Below, piece after piece: positions 36,075 through 48,380 of a stretch of DNA of 51,400 bases. This stretch comes from a virus (Duplodnaviria > Heunggongvirae > Uroviricota > Caudoviricetes), in IMG/VR virus record IMGVR_UViG_3300013288_000004, positions 255,360 through 306,759 of that record; one strand, given 5' to 3'. How positions within the stretch are numbered: the first letter of the stretch is position 1; each line of letters opens with the position of its first letter. The translations under genes and the position numbers were made by a program. The notes below the pieces were generated by a model that saw only the letters and a list, made by a program, of their open reading frames with translations, had not been told where the DNA came from and searched no databases.

Positions 36075-38972
36075 ATGAGTCGTCTAGTAAACGTTGCAGA
36101 GAGTTGGGAAAAGGTATATGAAGCTTATCAGCAAATAAATTTTGCTGCATGGGATTATCTGACCATCAAAGAGTCATTATTGGACTATTTGAAATTATAC
36201 CATACTGAAGATTTCAATGATTATATTGAAAGCTCAGAATTTATCATGGTTATCGAAAGCTTCGCTTATATCTGTGAATTATTGGCGTATCGTTTCGATT
36301 TAAATGCTCATGAGAATTTCATAACTGATGCCAACAGAAAAGAATCCATTCTAAGATTAGCTAAATTTTTGTCATACAAAGCATTTAGAAATGTACCCGG
36401 AAGAGGTTTGGTAAAAATTAAATCCATATCTACCAGTGAAAGAATATTTGATTCTACAGGCACTGATATTGCCAATAAGTATATCAATTGGAATGATCCG
36501 GTAGATTTGAATTGGAAAGAGAAATTTCTAGCAATTTTGAACTCCGCTTTTGAACAGCCATATGGTTCAGTCTTACAATCAGATAGAGTACAGGTTCAAG
36601 ATATATTATTTGAACTGTATTCATTAAATAATGATGTACTGACAAATAATGTCATTCCATATACAACATCAGTTTCCAGTGAATCATACCCATTTGAATT
36701 AGTAAGTTGCGAACTTAACGAAAACGGACCATACGAAAAACGACCAGAGAAAAACCAGAAATTTAACATGTTGTATTTGAGCGATGGTTTGGGTGATAGT
36801 TCTGACCACACTGGTTTTTTCATGTATACAAAACAAGGTCAATTACAAAGAGAAACATTTTCATTTGATGGTATAACTCCAAATCAGACGGTAGATATTC
36901 TTGTTGATAATTGTAATAATACTGATATATGGGTAAATAATATAGATCCTGTTACGGAACAAATAATAGTCGGAACAGAGTTGAATAGTACATCAAGAAT
37001 AGGTGAGTGGGAAGAAGTAGATCTAGCCAATTCTCAAAATATTGTATTTAACACAAATCCAAACAGAAACAAATATGAAATAGAGACTTTAGCTAGAGAT
37101 CGTTTTAGAGTTATATTCGGTGATGGTAAATTTTCAGCTATACCTAGCGGAATGTTTGAAGTGTGGTATAGATCATCAGCCAATGCTGAATATGTTATTC
37201 CTGTCAGTGCTATACAAAATATATCAGCATCTTTTGGTTACATGGATAAAAATAATAGAAGACAGACTATAACTGTTTTGTTTTCATTAGTAGATCCTAT
37301 ACAAAATGCTGCCCCAAGTGAAGATATTGAAAGTATTAGAAGAATAGCGCCGTCCGTTTATTATACTCAAGATAGAATGGTCAATAATAAAGATTATAAC
37401 GAATTCTTATTACAAGATAATTCTATCTTAAAAATGAAGGCATTGAATAGGACGTTTGCGGGAGATTCAAAATACGTTTATTGGCAAGACCCAAGAAATT
37501 TCTATGAGAATGTTAAACTGTTCGGTGACGACTTAGTTGTATATTTTAGATCTGGTGAGAAGCAACAGGTCATATCATCTGGAGATTTGCCGGAAGAAGG
37601 TGGAGAAAGCGAAGAGACCATAAACGCCCTTATAGATAATTATATAATACCTATATTCGATACCGAAGAATTCTTCATAAAACAAATATTGGATGAAGTA
37701 CCTCCCAACGGAATTCGTAAGAATTTCACAGACGAAGAGCGTCAAACATTAGAAGATCAATTGTTAATATTGATTAACAATAAACCCGGTACCATTTATT
37801 TTCTTTATAATGTCGCTGGTGATGTATGGTCATTTACCAATGATCCTGATGATGAGGAAGATTCATCAATATACTTAACAGCAAATAATAACGAATGGGT
37901 ATTAGTGTATAAGACGAAGAATTTAATTGTTCATAGTGATGAAACTAAATTTTGGGTGTCAAACGATGACAGAAAAGTAATAACCTACGACACATTAAAG
38001 ACTAACTATGATGAAATAGTAATTTTAAGCGCGAATGTCGGAACCACGTCTTGCGCATTAACTAGAAATTACACATTTAGGGTTATTCGTCAAGATATTA
38101 TCGATGTTGGTGTCAATTCTGGTTTGGAAAGTATTCACGACATGATAATCATACCCAATGACGACGATGGGGATGGTATGCCAGATGAGGTAACATTACC
38201 ATATTTAATAGCGTCTGGTAACTATGTATATTTCCAAAGAGAATGCACTAATTGCGAGTGGGTGTGGAAACCAGCAACAGACGAAAATATAGCTCTGTAT
38301 CAGGAAGATCAAGACGAAGAAACTGGATTATGGAAACGAGAAATCGGTCGTCAATATATCAATTTCTTATGGCTACACAGAACCCCAAGATACCATCTGA
38401 TAGACCCATCACCGTCTAATATTATTGACATGTTCATAATGACAAGAGGTTATTATAATGCTGTGAGTCTGTGGTTAAATGATAGACTGGAAACAAAGCC
38501 CGAACCACCTAATACATTCCAATTAAGAAATGATTATAATAATTTACTTGGGAATAAAATGATTTCCGATTCTGTGATTATCCATCCCGGAAAAGTAAAG
38601 GTCATTATAGGGAAACATGCTATAGATTCTTTAAAGGCAAAAATAAAAGTTATTCGCTCTGTGAATAATAGAAAGATGACCAATAATCAAATAAAGACCG
38701 TTATAGTGGACGCTGTTAAAAAGTTCTTTGACATTAATAAATGGGAATTCGGACAAACGTTCAATTTCACTTTGTTAGCTTCTTACATACATAACACACT
38801 TCCAGTAGAATTGGATTCTGTAGTTTTGGTACCAACCAGTGCTACGCATATATTTGGTGATTTATTACAAGTATTCTGTAAGGATGATGAAATCATTCAA
38901 CCTTCTATAAGCGTAAATGATATTGAAATAGTAGAGACTTTAAATCCTGAAATTCTAAAGCAAACATTATAA
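36075..38972 (+). CDS. gp6: Baseplate wedge protein
   Basis: ENFITDA.RKESILRLA, FGDGKF, EDIESIRRIAP..YYTQDRMV..KDY. Confidence 0.88.
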   Translation: MSRLVNVAESWEKVYEAYQQINFAAWDYLTIKESLLDYLKLYHTEDFNDYIESSEFIMVIESFAYICELLAYRFDLNAHENFITDANRKESILRLAKFLSYKAFRNVPGRGLVKIKSISTSERIFDSTGTDIANKYINWNDPVDLNWKEKFLAILNSAFEQPYGSVLQSDRVQVQDILFELYSLNNDVLTNNVIPYTTSVSSESYPFELVSCELNENGPYEKRPEKNQKFNMLYLSDGLGDSSDHTGFFMYTKQGQLQRETFSFDGITPNQTVDILVDNCNNTDIWVNNIDPVTEQIIVGTELNSTSRIGEWEEVDLANSQNIVFNTNPNRNKYEIETLARDRFRVIFGDGKFSAIPSGMFEVWYRSSANAEYVIPVSAIQNISASFGYMDKNNRRQTITVLFSLVDPIQNAAPSEDIESIRRIAPSVYYTQDRMVNNKDYNEFLLQDNSILKMKALNRTFAGDSKYVYWQDPRNFYENVKLFGDDLVVYFRSGEKQQVISSGDLPEEGGESEETINALIDNYIIPIFDTEEFFIKQILDEVPPNGIRKNFTDEERQTLEDQLLILINNKPGTIYFLYNVAGDVWSFTNDPDDEEDSSIYLTANNNEWVLVYKTKNLIVHSDETKFWVSNDDRKVITYDTLKTNYDEIVILSANVGTTSCALTRNYTFRVIRQDIIDVGVNSGLESIHDMIIIPNDDDGDGMPDEVTLPYLIASGNYVYFQRECTNCEWVWKPATDENIALYQEDQDEETGLWKREIGRQYINFLWLHRTPRYHLIDPSPSNIIDMFIMTRGYYNAVSLWLNDRLETKPEPPNTFQLRNDYNNLLGNKMISDSVIIHPGKVKVIIGKHAIDSLKAKIKVIRSVNNRKMTNNQIKTVIVDAVKKFFDINKWEFGQTFNFTLLASYIHNTLPVELDSVVLVPTSATHIFGDLLQVFCKDDEIIQPSISVNDIEIVETLNPEILKQTL

Positions 38973-39031
38973 AATGTAGGTTTTGTAGTTTTACAATACG
39001 AATAAATAAGGATTACATCTAAGGAACATAT

Positions 39032-42000
39032 GTGAGTAATTCTGATTATTCTAAGAAGCGCACTAATTTAAACGATTTAATACCTACCATTAATAAGTCC
39101 AAGTTACTTGAATCTATTAATGAAAATCTGTTTAACAGGTACCTAACTAAACCAGAAACAATTCGTTACATTGGTAATGTGGGAGATGTCGATACATCTC
39201 CCAATGCGATAGGCAATATACAAGAGGTTGACGAATTTCGTCAAGAGAATCAATTACAGCCAATAGTGCAGCACACGGTTGGTTCCGTGAAGCATTTCTT
39301 GTCCTTCCAAGAGTTTCTGAAAAAATTAGAACTTACTGGCGTTGATGTAAATTCGTTGGATGATTGGGGAAAGATTTTACAATTTAACTGGAACCCACCA
39401 ATTGATTTCGATAAGTTGATAAATTATCGTGATTATTTTTGGAATTCTCCAACATCCGAGCCTGATTATATAACAATCAAAAACAACCTAACCCGCAGCA
39501 CCACAAGATTTCAGACTGCTTTGAGTAGTGTGTTACAAATCACCAAACAATATGAAATACACAGTACGTCTACTAATTCGATAGACGTTGAAGGCAATCA
39601 TACAAACAAATTCTCTACTGGTGATTATGTAATAATTGGTTCCAATAGTGGTCCGCATATATTGTCAAAGGTATTTTCATCTAGTTATAGTAGCGGTAGC
39701 CAAAGAACTACTATAAACATTTTAGATAATGTACCATCATATGAAGTTGATAGCATTGCAAATGCCATGCTGTATGATGCCAATGTTAATGAAACCAGCA
39801 TAACTGTATCAGGAAATGTGACACCATTATTTAAAAAAGGTTATGTTTTTTCTGTTTATGATAGTTATGAAGTATTATTAACGGTAGAATCTAGTTCGTT
39901 CGACCCAGTTTTCAATATATCGACTATTGTCATAACTACCGGGCAACACATATTGAACCCTAATGTCACTGTATTAAACACCACTCCATTACTATTTTTA
40001 TTAAATGGCGAAATACTGGCTCACTCAGATGAACAATTTTTATACTCTCCTAATTTATGGGGAATTGAAGATGTTAGTTATTTTTGGTCAAATGACGTGC
40101 TATTACATTCCGGAACAAATGGTGAAACCGCGATTGGGTCTGACAATTTAACTGACAACACTGTTAATTTCATAACATCTGGGATTTCCATAGGTGATAT
40201 AGTTCATATAACATCTGGCAATCAAATCGGAGAATATAAGGTTGAATCTGTGTATTCAACCACACTTAGATTAGATAAGATGATGTTCGATGAATCTAAT
40301 ATAGAATATTACATATCAAGATCTGGTAACATATTAAATATACCATTAGAAAATATAACAAACCGTTTATATTATGTGCAATTTATTGATGAATTACAAC
40401 AATACGATGGTTCCACATGGAACACCGTATTAAAAAATGCTTCATTTTTAACTACAGTTACAAATTCATTAAATTTCAATGTATGTAAACAAACTGACGA
40501 ATGGTCATCAACAAACTTATGGGTACACAAAGACCAGATAAAGGACATGACAGATAAAACCAGAGCACAAATTCCTATAATAGAATTTGATGACTGTTTG
40601 GAAATGTCTCAAACTTCTATCGCAACACATGAATGGGATTATAGAGAGAATTCTGACTCTAGTTACATAACAACAGATATATCACCATCCTTATTCGAAT
40701 TGCATGATGTTTCTCTAACAATTGGTAATGAATTTTATTTCGATGGTTATTATACAATCGTTTTTAACGAAAAATATGGAAACCTTTCAGATGGTATGGC
40801 TGTAGGTTCTGAATTAGTATTCACAGAATTTGTTGAAAATAACGGTGTATATAAAATTGCAAATGTAGAATTTGTAAAAATAGCAATAAGCAATAGGTAT
40901 GTAACTAAAGTAACATTAGAACAAGCGTTAGCTGATACTGCCGATTTTCCTATTGGTGGTAGAATTACACCAAGATATACATCTTTAGGGCATGAATTTG
41001 TATATGACCAGTACCAATGGAGGTTTAAAGGTGTAAAAGAAATTAAATCATCAAGCTTGAATTGGACGAGAAATCCAATGTTAGATGATTATGTATATTC
41101 ATTCTCAACTTCTGATTATGTTTCAAATGTTTATCTATCTGCACAAGAAATTAAATATTTACTACCAATGCAGGGACCGGAGATATTGTTTGACAATATT
41201 CTTCAAAATGTAGTTTTATATGATGATTATCAAGAAGGTGATATTCGAGTATACATTAATGGCGAACGACAATATGGTAATTTCTCAGATATAGATGGTT
41301 TGGTTAATGATGACTATGTCGGTGGTATAAAGTTTGATGATTCTGTAATCTTATCAGAATCCGACACTATAAGAATTGAAGTAGGTGAATATTTCCTTGA
41401 GGATGTAGGTAGAAGAGATGTTCTCGTAAACACTTCAGATTACAATCTTGTAGATGATTATTTTGTATATAGTAACATAAAAGAAAAATACAACTTAGTT
41501 AGATTACGAAAAATAGAACAAAAGAGATTCCAGAGAAATTCATATCCAGTTTTTTCGATATACAATGATGATGGAACAGCCAGTGAGTATGCCTCTGAGA
41601 TATTTAAGTATACTGAACAATCTGATATGCCGGTTAATCCATATATTTTTAGAAGAATAAAATATGATTATGCGTTAAAAGATTTCTTCTTTGAAAACAA
41701 ATTAAATAGTGAAAATCAAAACCTGTACGCATATAAACGCAATGGTCAATTACATACGGTATGGCATCATGGTATTGATAACGAATTAACTGTGCCACAG
41801 ACCGTTGGGGATGTTTGGAATATAATAGACCCATGGTATTATAATATAGAACATGAGAATAGAAAAGATGTATCTTTAAGGGATGTTTTCAGACATGCTA
41901 GTAGTTGTATATCAGAACAACAAAAAGATATAGTATATTTCTCCAGTGAAAAGAGTAAATATTATTTACAAACATACCCTAATAAAGTATTAGGCGGCAC

Positions 42001-45000
42001 TATAAAAGAACATAATGGTGGATTAGATAGTTTAGTATCGGCAATATTCACAAACAGCGGTACTCCCGGAGCCATAATAGATTTTGCGGCAGCGCAATAT
42101 AATACATCTTTAAATTATATTAAAGAGATATACAGAGATATATTAGTGAGTCATATATTATCTGATGAAAATGTAACATACTCTGATTTTGTTAATAATA
42201 TAATTTTAGATACGATTGATGTATATGAAAACAATGATTCATTTAACGAATTGTATGGCGATTCCTTAAATACAAGTTTAAAGAATTTCATATCTTCTGC
42301 AACTAGTCTCGGAATATTCCAAAGTAAGGTTCCACATTTATTTAATAATGAGAATAATGATGTATGTCTGGTGCATCATACTGGACATCTATCTCAGATC
42401 ATTTTTACCAATGCAGAACGTGAGCAGATAATTCAGAGATTGCCGTCTAATACAGCTAAACAAACTGTAACTAGTTCTAGTCAAGCATTCCCTACACCTA
42501 CTTTAGTAGGACAATTATTAATAAGAACTGACCTACAAACAAAAACGAGAAAGATATATAAAACCTCATCCACGTTGGAATGGTTTGAGTTAGATTTGCT
42601 TGATACTCTGTCTAAATTAATGTTAGACGTTGAAACAAAATTATATAACGATTGTAATGAATACACTGAAAGGTATGATTTTTCCATCGTACAACAAAAA
42701 GAATTGTTTGATCAAAAATATAAACAACAATTCATCAAATTTACTAAAAGATTCAATATAGAATATCCATTTTCTATAGCAAACACATTCAAGAGTCATG
42801 ATTCATTTACTTGGAATTATTATTATACACCTATTCCAGAGCATCCTAAAACTGGAATGTTCGATCCATCTACTTTTGGTTCTTGGCAAGCACTTTACCA
42901 ATATGTTTACGGTACTGCGTATCCACATCAGCAACCATGGATTCTGCAAGGATATTATGACAAACCTTCTTGGTGGGATGAGACGTATCTCAATACGGAT
43001 GTTAATGTAAATAGATATTGGAAAGAGTTAATGTGGATAAACATTTTAAGTGGTGTTGTCCCTAATGGTAAATTACTTCCAAATGAATCCATAGCGACTG
43101 GAACTATAGGTGAAATAGAGGAAGTGTTTTTATTCCTTCCTGTGAACATGTTGGATGTACCAACAAATGACGGTTATGAACCGGATGAATTATTACCACC
43201 ATATTGGAATAGTAGTAATATTGCTAATTCTAATATACGAACATTATTCGACATAAATTCTGGTTATGGGGTTAACACTCCGAATCTAGACTACGAATTT
43301 GGACAAAATGGTACTTATGAGTGGGTATGGAAAAATTCTATCTGGCATAATTATGATTTAATGACAATATCATATAAATTAGATCCTATTACATTTTTTA
43401 ATGCTGTTTTTGATTCTAAATTCAATGTTATAGATTGTTTGCAGATAGATGAAAGAATGCACAAAGTTAGAAATCACAATATAACAGTATTTCATGGCGA
43501 ATTGATTGATAATGAAATATACAAGTCAGATGGTACGAACCAATGGTATGTATTTTTTAATAGATATAATTCCCTAGACGGTAATGCTGCTGCTTTTAAA
43601 GATACATGGAATAATTGGCAACAAAAATTATCCTATCTATTCTCCGGAATGATTGACACTAACAACTTAGAAATTTTTAATTATAATTTTGACATAACTG
43701 ATAAAGATTATTCTTTGGATATTGATAAGACAGTATCCTTTGATAAAAAACAAATGACTGGTTTAAATGCTAAACTCTTATCAGTGCCATCAAAATATAG
43801 TAAGAGTAGAGATACTGGTATTGGTTGGACTACAGAGTTCTCTCCATTAGGGTTAGAAGAAACAATTGATGTTTATAGACCACAGGCTTTTGATTTTTAT
43901 GCTGATGTAAGTAATAATTTATTTGTTGCTGGAAAATACAAATTATTAGCTGCTAGTATAGCAGTTCCAGTCGGATTCCAAAATATTGATTTCTCACAAA
44001 CAGTGTTTAATTCATTAAACACAGGACTGTCAAATTCAAATTTCAATTACCATGCATCCGTATTAGTGGATGGTGCTACAAATATTCCTCTGGTAATAAA
44101 AGGACACAAAGCCCAAACATTTACAAGTCTATTGACAGAAATTAATTCACAATTGTCCACGTTCGCTGTTGCAAGTATATATTACGGTGACATTAGAATT
44201 CAAAGTGCTAACACTGGAATTGGGTCTGCTATTTCAATAACTGACTCCGGTTTATTTTCCTCTATAAATGGGTTTTCAGCCTTTATGTCACCTGACACAA
44301 TATCATATGAATTCTTAAAAATATTCGAAATATACAAAAATTTGGTCAGAGATTTTCAGCCCGGCTCGCAATTCACCATTGCTGATAGTACACAATTCAA
44401 TGGGACATACGATGTTTTGAATTCGTATTTTGATGTTCAATCGCAAACAACTAAGATATTCGTATCAAATAATATATTAGTATCCTCAGATATTGTTGAT
44501 GGATATATTATTCCGGAAAATATCAGAACAATACCGGAAGAATGGACAAATGGGACAGAGTTATTTGCGGAAACCAATGGTATATTACCAAATCCATTAG
44601 ATCCATTTACTCCATATTATTTTATTCGCGTAGATGATTATTCTTTCAGATTATCCAATTCACAAAAAGGTGCCCAAAATGGAAGTTATGTACCAATAAC
44701 ATCGGTTGGAAGTGGTGCACATGTCATAGGAAAAATGGACAGGACTTTTAAGGCTCTGAGCGGATCTATCACCAATTACCCTTGGCGCGTATACCAAAGT
44801 GACAGGAGAAATGTAGTTACGGAAAATCTTCCATTCCAAACATCTGGAATTCAAGATGCTGTAAATTTCTTAATGGGATATAACGATAAACTATATGATG
44901 ATGGTATTATATTCTCAAATAAAGATGCTGATAATAAAGATAATATAGATAATAGAACAAACGATTGGCAATATTTTACTGAGAAATTTATTTCATGGGC

Positions 45001-48000
45001 TTATCAAATTCGTGCAATAAAGCAAGAGGATACATTACGGTTTGAAGTACAAGCAAATATTACTGATAACACATTAGACATACAGAATGGAGCTTATGTA
45101 AATTGGCCGAATGGTACGGAGGTTGTATTCTCTCTTGAGAATGGTGTCACTTTGCCAACTCCATTTAACAATCCACTATCAGAATATATTCCATATTATG
45201 TGATTAGAACAACCTCAAATACTAAAGTGCAGTTAGCTCTATCCACTTACGATGCACTACGAGGAAAAGCTATAGACATAACGGATACTGGCGTTGGTAA
45301 ATTCTATATTCGCACAGCCAATGCAATAACGGATTATCCGGTGTTTACACTAAATCCATGTAAACATACCGTTTTCATCAATCATCCGCAAGGCGTGATT
45401 AGTGACATTTTCAATAGGACCGATTATTTCTTCTCTGAGACACCACAAGTATATGACATATATGGAGAATCATTGAATAACCGTCAACTACTAATGTATA
45501 GAAATGATAAAGAAACTAAATTACGTTTAGTAGAAGACATCATAGAAAAAAATTCAAAACAGTTTATATACAATAAAAAAATTAACGAAAATGATATTTT
45601 GTACACTAGCGTTACATTGAATAATGATATCATTGAAATTGGAGGTTTTAAATTATTTTTGGATGGTTACGAGCATATTGTGAGTTTTAATGATTCGTCG
45701 GTAGACGATTCTTTAATATTTGATAAGTTCTTAGGGTTGAGAACCCCGAGATTTTATATGGAATATAGTAGAACTCCAGATTTTACTTTACGACCAAATG
45801 TTGGTGGACATGTTTTACAGAATGGCAAGTTAGTTGAAAATATAGAACATTCTGTAGAGAGCTTACGTTATTTGTTCGATGCCTATACTTCTATAGAGAA
45901 TAGACCGATAATAGAGAGATCAAGAAAATCTATTGGATACGATGGTCCAAAAGATTATATGGATGATTTACAAATAAACGATAAGACACAATTTTTATTC
46001 TGGAGAGGCATGATCCAGAACAAAGGTACTAATATGTCTATAGATGCTTTTGTCAATCAGCCAGTATTTTTAGAAGCTGGAGTTGATGAATTTTGGGCAT
46101 ATAGAGTTGCGTGCTTTGGTGATAGTAAAGAGAAAGTATATCCAGAATTGAAATTATTTACTAGAGATGTATCAACTAAAGAAATGAGAGTAGAATTTGT
46201 TACGCCGGATGGTGGTGCGCTAAACGATACATTTGAACCAATCAAATTGACAGATCTTAATAGATGGTGGAACCAACCAGATCAACTTTATATGTTATCA
46301 CCAAAACCATCGTTTTATTTTGACGCTCAGGTAACTTCTGTTTCGTATAATGTTGAGAGTGAAGCCAATATTTCAACAGAATTTAATGGTGTTACCAAGA
46401 ACACTGAGATATCGGAATCATTTACACCAGCAGAACCAATCTCTACGGTAAATGGTAGATATGTTTTTGAATTACCGAAAAAATCTGACAAGGTTATAGT
46501 AACATATTTTGATACAGTAACAGAAACTACTAAGCAATTATCAGAAGGGTATGATTACTTTCTGATAAACACAGGGGCTATTGAATTTACTGATATCACT
46601 GGTTTAGTTAATATCACTGTGGCCACATTATCATACAATTACGATGCGCAGAACCCAGCTACATTATTAGACAAAAAATCTGATGTAGTAATGAAACGAA
46701 TTCCAATTTGGCACCCGGCTATAGACCAACATTATCATGTTTCTGATTTTGTTATAGATATACGTTCAAATATTGACCGCGCTGTTTATAATTATGAAAA
46801 TGTTAGTGCGACAGAAACATCATGGTTAAAGAATAAAGAACATACCGTATGGTTGGATACGTCAAAAATGTATTACATTCCATACTATGACGCTAAAATA
46901 TTCCCAGATATTAATTATAGAATATTCAATTGGGGTAGAATGGCTGATTTTGGTAGTATAACCATGTATCAGTGGACCGAATCTTTGGTTCCACCGGAAC
47001 AATGGGAATCTGTCGTTATATCCGATTCTAATAATAAAAATCTATTGCAAAATGATAAAAGATCTGGTGAAGCGTATTATATTGTCTATAGAAATATAGA
47101 AGAAGAGACTGGAATGCCGCCTAATTGGGTAGAAAACAAAGATGAAATATTTGAATTTACTACTAAACTTGTACAAGCTGATACTATTGTAGAAAACACA
47201 ATAAACGTAGAACCAAAAGTTTATATAAATGGTTTCTTCGTGGGCACGTTTGATATAGAAGTTAATTCATTGTATGAATATTGTTACGGTCCTTTATTGG
47301 ATGGACAAACATCTAAACCAAGACCTCAAGATATTATTACTTTAGTATTCGAATCTCATATTCCTTCACAAGACGAATTAGACGCTGGCGGGATCTACAA
47401 AAAAGTATATCCGTATTCATATGTAACAAAAGTTGATCCTTTAAGTCATCAGGAATATAATGTGTATTATTTCTGGGTTAAGAATAAGGAAAATAAGATA
47501 GCTGTTACTGGTGATTCGTTTATTAACTTAAAAGAGGCACAAAAACAGATGCAGTTTATCCCTGTTCCATACATGATCTTACAAGGACTAAGAACGCCGG
47601 AATTTGGTTATGGTTTAGTTTACGGTATAGTTTTTGATGAAGACGAATATGAATTACCATATCGATATACACAATTGGTAATAAAAGGATTGGAAAATAC
47701 AGTAAAAGATGATGAAAGGTATGTACTTAGATTTACCAGAGATTTTACGCTAAGGGATGAATTACCGGGTCCAAACTCCTTATATTCTCCATTATATTTA
47801 AAAAATGTTCATTGGGAATGGAAATTAATACGTGAGAAACAATTAGCGAAAATAGACCTGTTCCTTTGGGATAGGATAATAGAATGTATGATAGGCAAAA
47901 GGATAATATCTGGAATCGTGGATAATACCAATCCATTACCAACATTGAATAGAACAGTTTATGATTCGATTTACGACAGAGACACAAGATATGGTTTGGG

Positions 48001-48355
48001 CGAAGAACAGATATTCATGGATGGTGAGTTGGCAAAATACATAGTTAACTACATGCTTAACGATCCTAATAATACCTTCATAAATGTTGATATTAATGAA
48101 TTCATAACTAATAATACTTTAGATAGTGAGAGTAATATCATATCTACCATGTATGCAATTTATAATAATTTTACAACAGAAGAGATTAATAAAATATTTT
48201 TTGAATTATTACATGCTGCGATGACACACAAGAAGCACCATTCTGAAATATTTAAGACATCGTGGGTTGCATTACAGTCTACTATAAATGTTTCTTCTCC
48301 CTCTAATGGAGTTATACGTTTACAAAACTTCATAGATGGTGAATGCCCATCATAA
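39032..48355 (+). CDS. Very large baseplate wedge/virion structural protein (3107 aa)
   Basis: Follows gp6; WNPPIDFDKLINYRDYFW and FWRGMIQNKGT motifs typical of jumbo myophage wedge proteins; GTG start after AAGGA. Confidence 0.75.
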   Translation: MSNSDYSKKRTNLNDLIPTINKSKLLESINENLFNRYLTKPETIRYIGNVGDVDTSPNAIGNIQEVDEFRQENQLQPIVQHTVGSVKHFLSFQEFLKKLELTGVDVNSLDDWGKILQFNWNPPIDFDKLINYRDYFWNSPTSEPDYITIKNNLTRSTTRFQTALSSVLQITKQYEIHSTSTNSIDVEGNHTNKFSTGDYVIIGSNSGPHILSKVFSSSYSSGSQRTTINILDNVPSYEVDSIANAMLYDANVNETSITVSGNVTPLFKKGYVFSVYDSYEVLLTVESSSFDPVFNISTIVITTGQHILNPNVTVLNTTPLLFLLNGEILAHSDEQFLYSPNLWGIEDVSYFWSNDVLLHSGTNGETAIGSDNLTDNTVNFITSGISIGDIVHITSGNQIGEYKVESVYSTTLRLDKMMFDESNIEYYISRSGNILNIPLENITNRLYYVQFIDELQQYDGSTWNTVLKNASFLTTVTNSLNFNVCKQTDEWSSTNLWVHKDQIKDMTDKTRAQIPIIEFDDCLEMSQTSIATHEWDYRENSDSSYITTDISPSLFELHDVSLTIGNEFYFDGYYTIVFNEKYGNLSDGMAVGSELVFTEFVENNGVYKIANVEFVKIAISNRYVTKVTLEQALADTADFPIGGRITPRYTSLGHEFVYDQYQWRFKGVKEIKSSSLNWTRNPMLDDYVYSFSTSDYVSNVYLSAQEIKYLLPMQGPEILFDNILQNVVLYDDYQEGDIRVYINGERQYGNFSDIDGLVNDDYVGGIKFDDSVILSESDTIRIEVGEYFLEDVGRRDVLVNTSDYNLVDDYFVYSNIKEKYNLVRLRKIEQKRFQRNSYPVFSIYNDDGTASEYASEIFKYTEQSDMPVNPYIFRRIKYDYALKDFFFENKLNSENQNLYAYKRNGQLHTVWHHGIDNELTVPQTVGDVWNIIDPWYYNIEHENRKDVSLRDVFRHASSCISEQQKDIVYFSSEKSKYYLQTYPNKVLGGTIKEHNGGLDSLVSAIFTNSGTPGAIIDFAAAQYNTSLNYIKEIYRDILVSHILSDENVTYSDFVNNIILDTIDVYENNDSFNELYGDSLNTSLKNFISSATSLGIFQSKVPHLFNNENNDVCLVHHTGHLSQIIFTNAEREQIIQRLPSNTAKQTVTSSSQAFPTPTLVGQLLIRTDLQTKTRKIYKTSSTLEWFELDLLDTLSKLMLDVETKLYNDCNEYTERYDFSIVQQKELFDQKYKQQFIKFTKRFNIEYPFSIANTFKSHDSFTWNYYYTPIPEHPKTGMFDPSTFGSWQALYQYVYGTAYPHQQPWILQGYYDKPSWWDETYLNTDVNVNRYWKELMWINILSGVVPNGKLLPNESIATGTIGEIEEVFLFLPVNMLDVPTNDGYEPDELLPPYWNSSNIANSNIRTLFDINSGYGVNTPNLDYEFGQNGTYEWVWKNSIWHNYDLMTISYKLDPITFFNAVFDSKFNVIDCLQIDERMHKVRNHNITVFHGELIDNEIYKSDGTNQWYVFFNRYNSLDGNAAAFKDTWNNWQQKLSYLFSGMIDTNNLEIFNYNFDITDKDYSLDIDKTVSFDKKQMTGLNAKLLSVPSKYSKSRDTGIGWTTEFSPLGLEETIDVYRPQAFDFYADVSNNLFVAGKYKLLAASIAVPVGFQNIDFSQTVFNSLNTGLSNSNFNYHASVLVDGATNIPLVIKGHKAQTFTSLLTEINSQLSTFAVASIYYGDIRIQSANTGIGSAISITDSGLFSSINGFSAFMSPDTISYEFLKIFEIYKNLVRDFQPGSQFTIADSTQFNGTYDVLNSYFDVQSQTTKIFVSNNILVSSDIVDGYIIPENIRTIPEEWTNGTELFAETNGILPNPLDPFTPYYFIRVDDYSFRLSNSQKGAQNGSYVPITSVGSGAHVIGKMDRTFKALSGSITNYPWRVYQSDRRNVVTENLPFQTSGIQDAVNFLMGYNDKLYDDGIIFSNKDADNKDNIDNRTNDWQYFTEKFISWAYQIRAIKQEDTLRFEVQANITDNTLDIQNGAYVNWPNGTEVVFSLENGVTLPTPFNNPLSEYIPYYVIRTTSNTKVQLALSTYDALRGKAIDITDTGVGKFYIRTANAITDYPVFTLNPCKHTVFINHPQGVISDIFNRTDYFFSETPQVYDIYGESLNNRQLLMYRNDKETKLRLVEDIIEKNSKQFIYNKKINENDILYTSVTLNNDIIEIGGFKLFLDGYEHIVSFNDSSVDDSLIFDKFLGLRTPRFYMEYSRTPDFTLRPNVGGHVLQNGKLVENIEHSVESLRYLFDAYTSIENRPIIERSRKSIGYDGPKDYMDDLQINDKTQFLFWRGMIQNKGTNMSIDAFVNQPVFLEAGVDEFWAYRVACFGDSKEKVYPELKLFTRDVSTKEMRVEFVTPDGGALNDTFEPIKLTDLNRWWNQPDQLYMLSPKPSFYFDAQVTSVSYNVESEANISTEFNGVTKNTEISESFTPAEPISTVNGRYVFELPKKSDKVIVTYFDTVTETTKQLSEGYDYFLINTGAIEFTDITGLVNITVATLSYNYDAQNPATLLDKKSDVVMKRIPIWHPAIDQHYHVSDFVIDIRSNIDRAVYNYENVSATETSWLKNKEHTVWLDTSKMYYIPYYDAKIFPDINYRIFNWGRMADFGSITMYQWTESLVPPEQWESVVISDSNNKNLLQNDKRSGEAYYIVYRNIEEETGMPPNWVENKDEIFEFTTKLVQADTIVENTINVEPKVYINGFFVGTFDIEVNSLYEYCYGPLLDGQTSKPRPQDIITLVFESHIPSQDELDAGGIYKKVYPYSYVTKVDPLSHQEYNVYYFWVKNKENKIAVTGDSFINLKEAQKQMQFIPVPYMILQGLRTPEFGYGLVYGIVFDEDEYELPYRYTQLVIKGLENTVKDDERYVLRFTRDFTLRDELPGPNSLYSPLYLKNVHWEWKLIREKQLAKIDLFLWDRIIECMIGKRIISGIVDNTNPLPTLNRTVYDSIYDRDTRYGLGEEQIFMDGELAKYIVNYMLNDPNNTFINVDINEFITNNTLDSESNIISTMYAIYNNFTTEEINKIFFELLHAAMTHKKHHSEIFKTSWVALQSTINVSSPSNGVIRLQNFIDGECPS

Positions 48356-48380
48356 ATATTATAAACCTTCGGACTGTTAA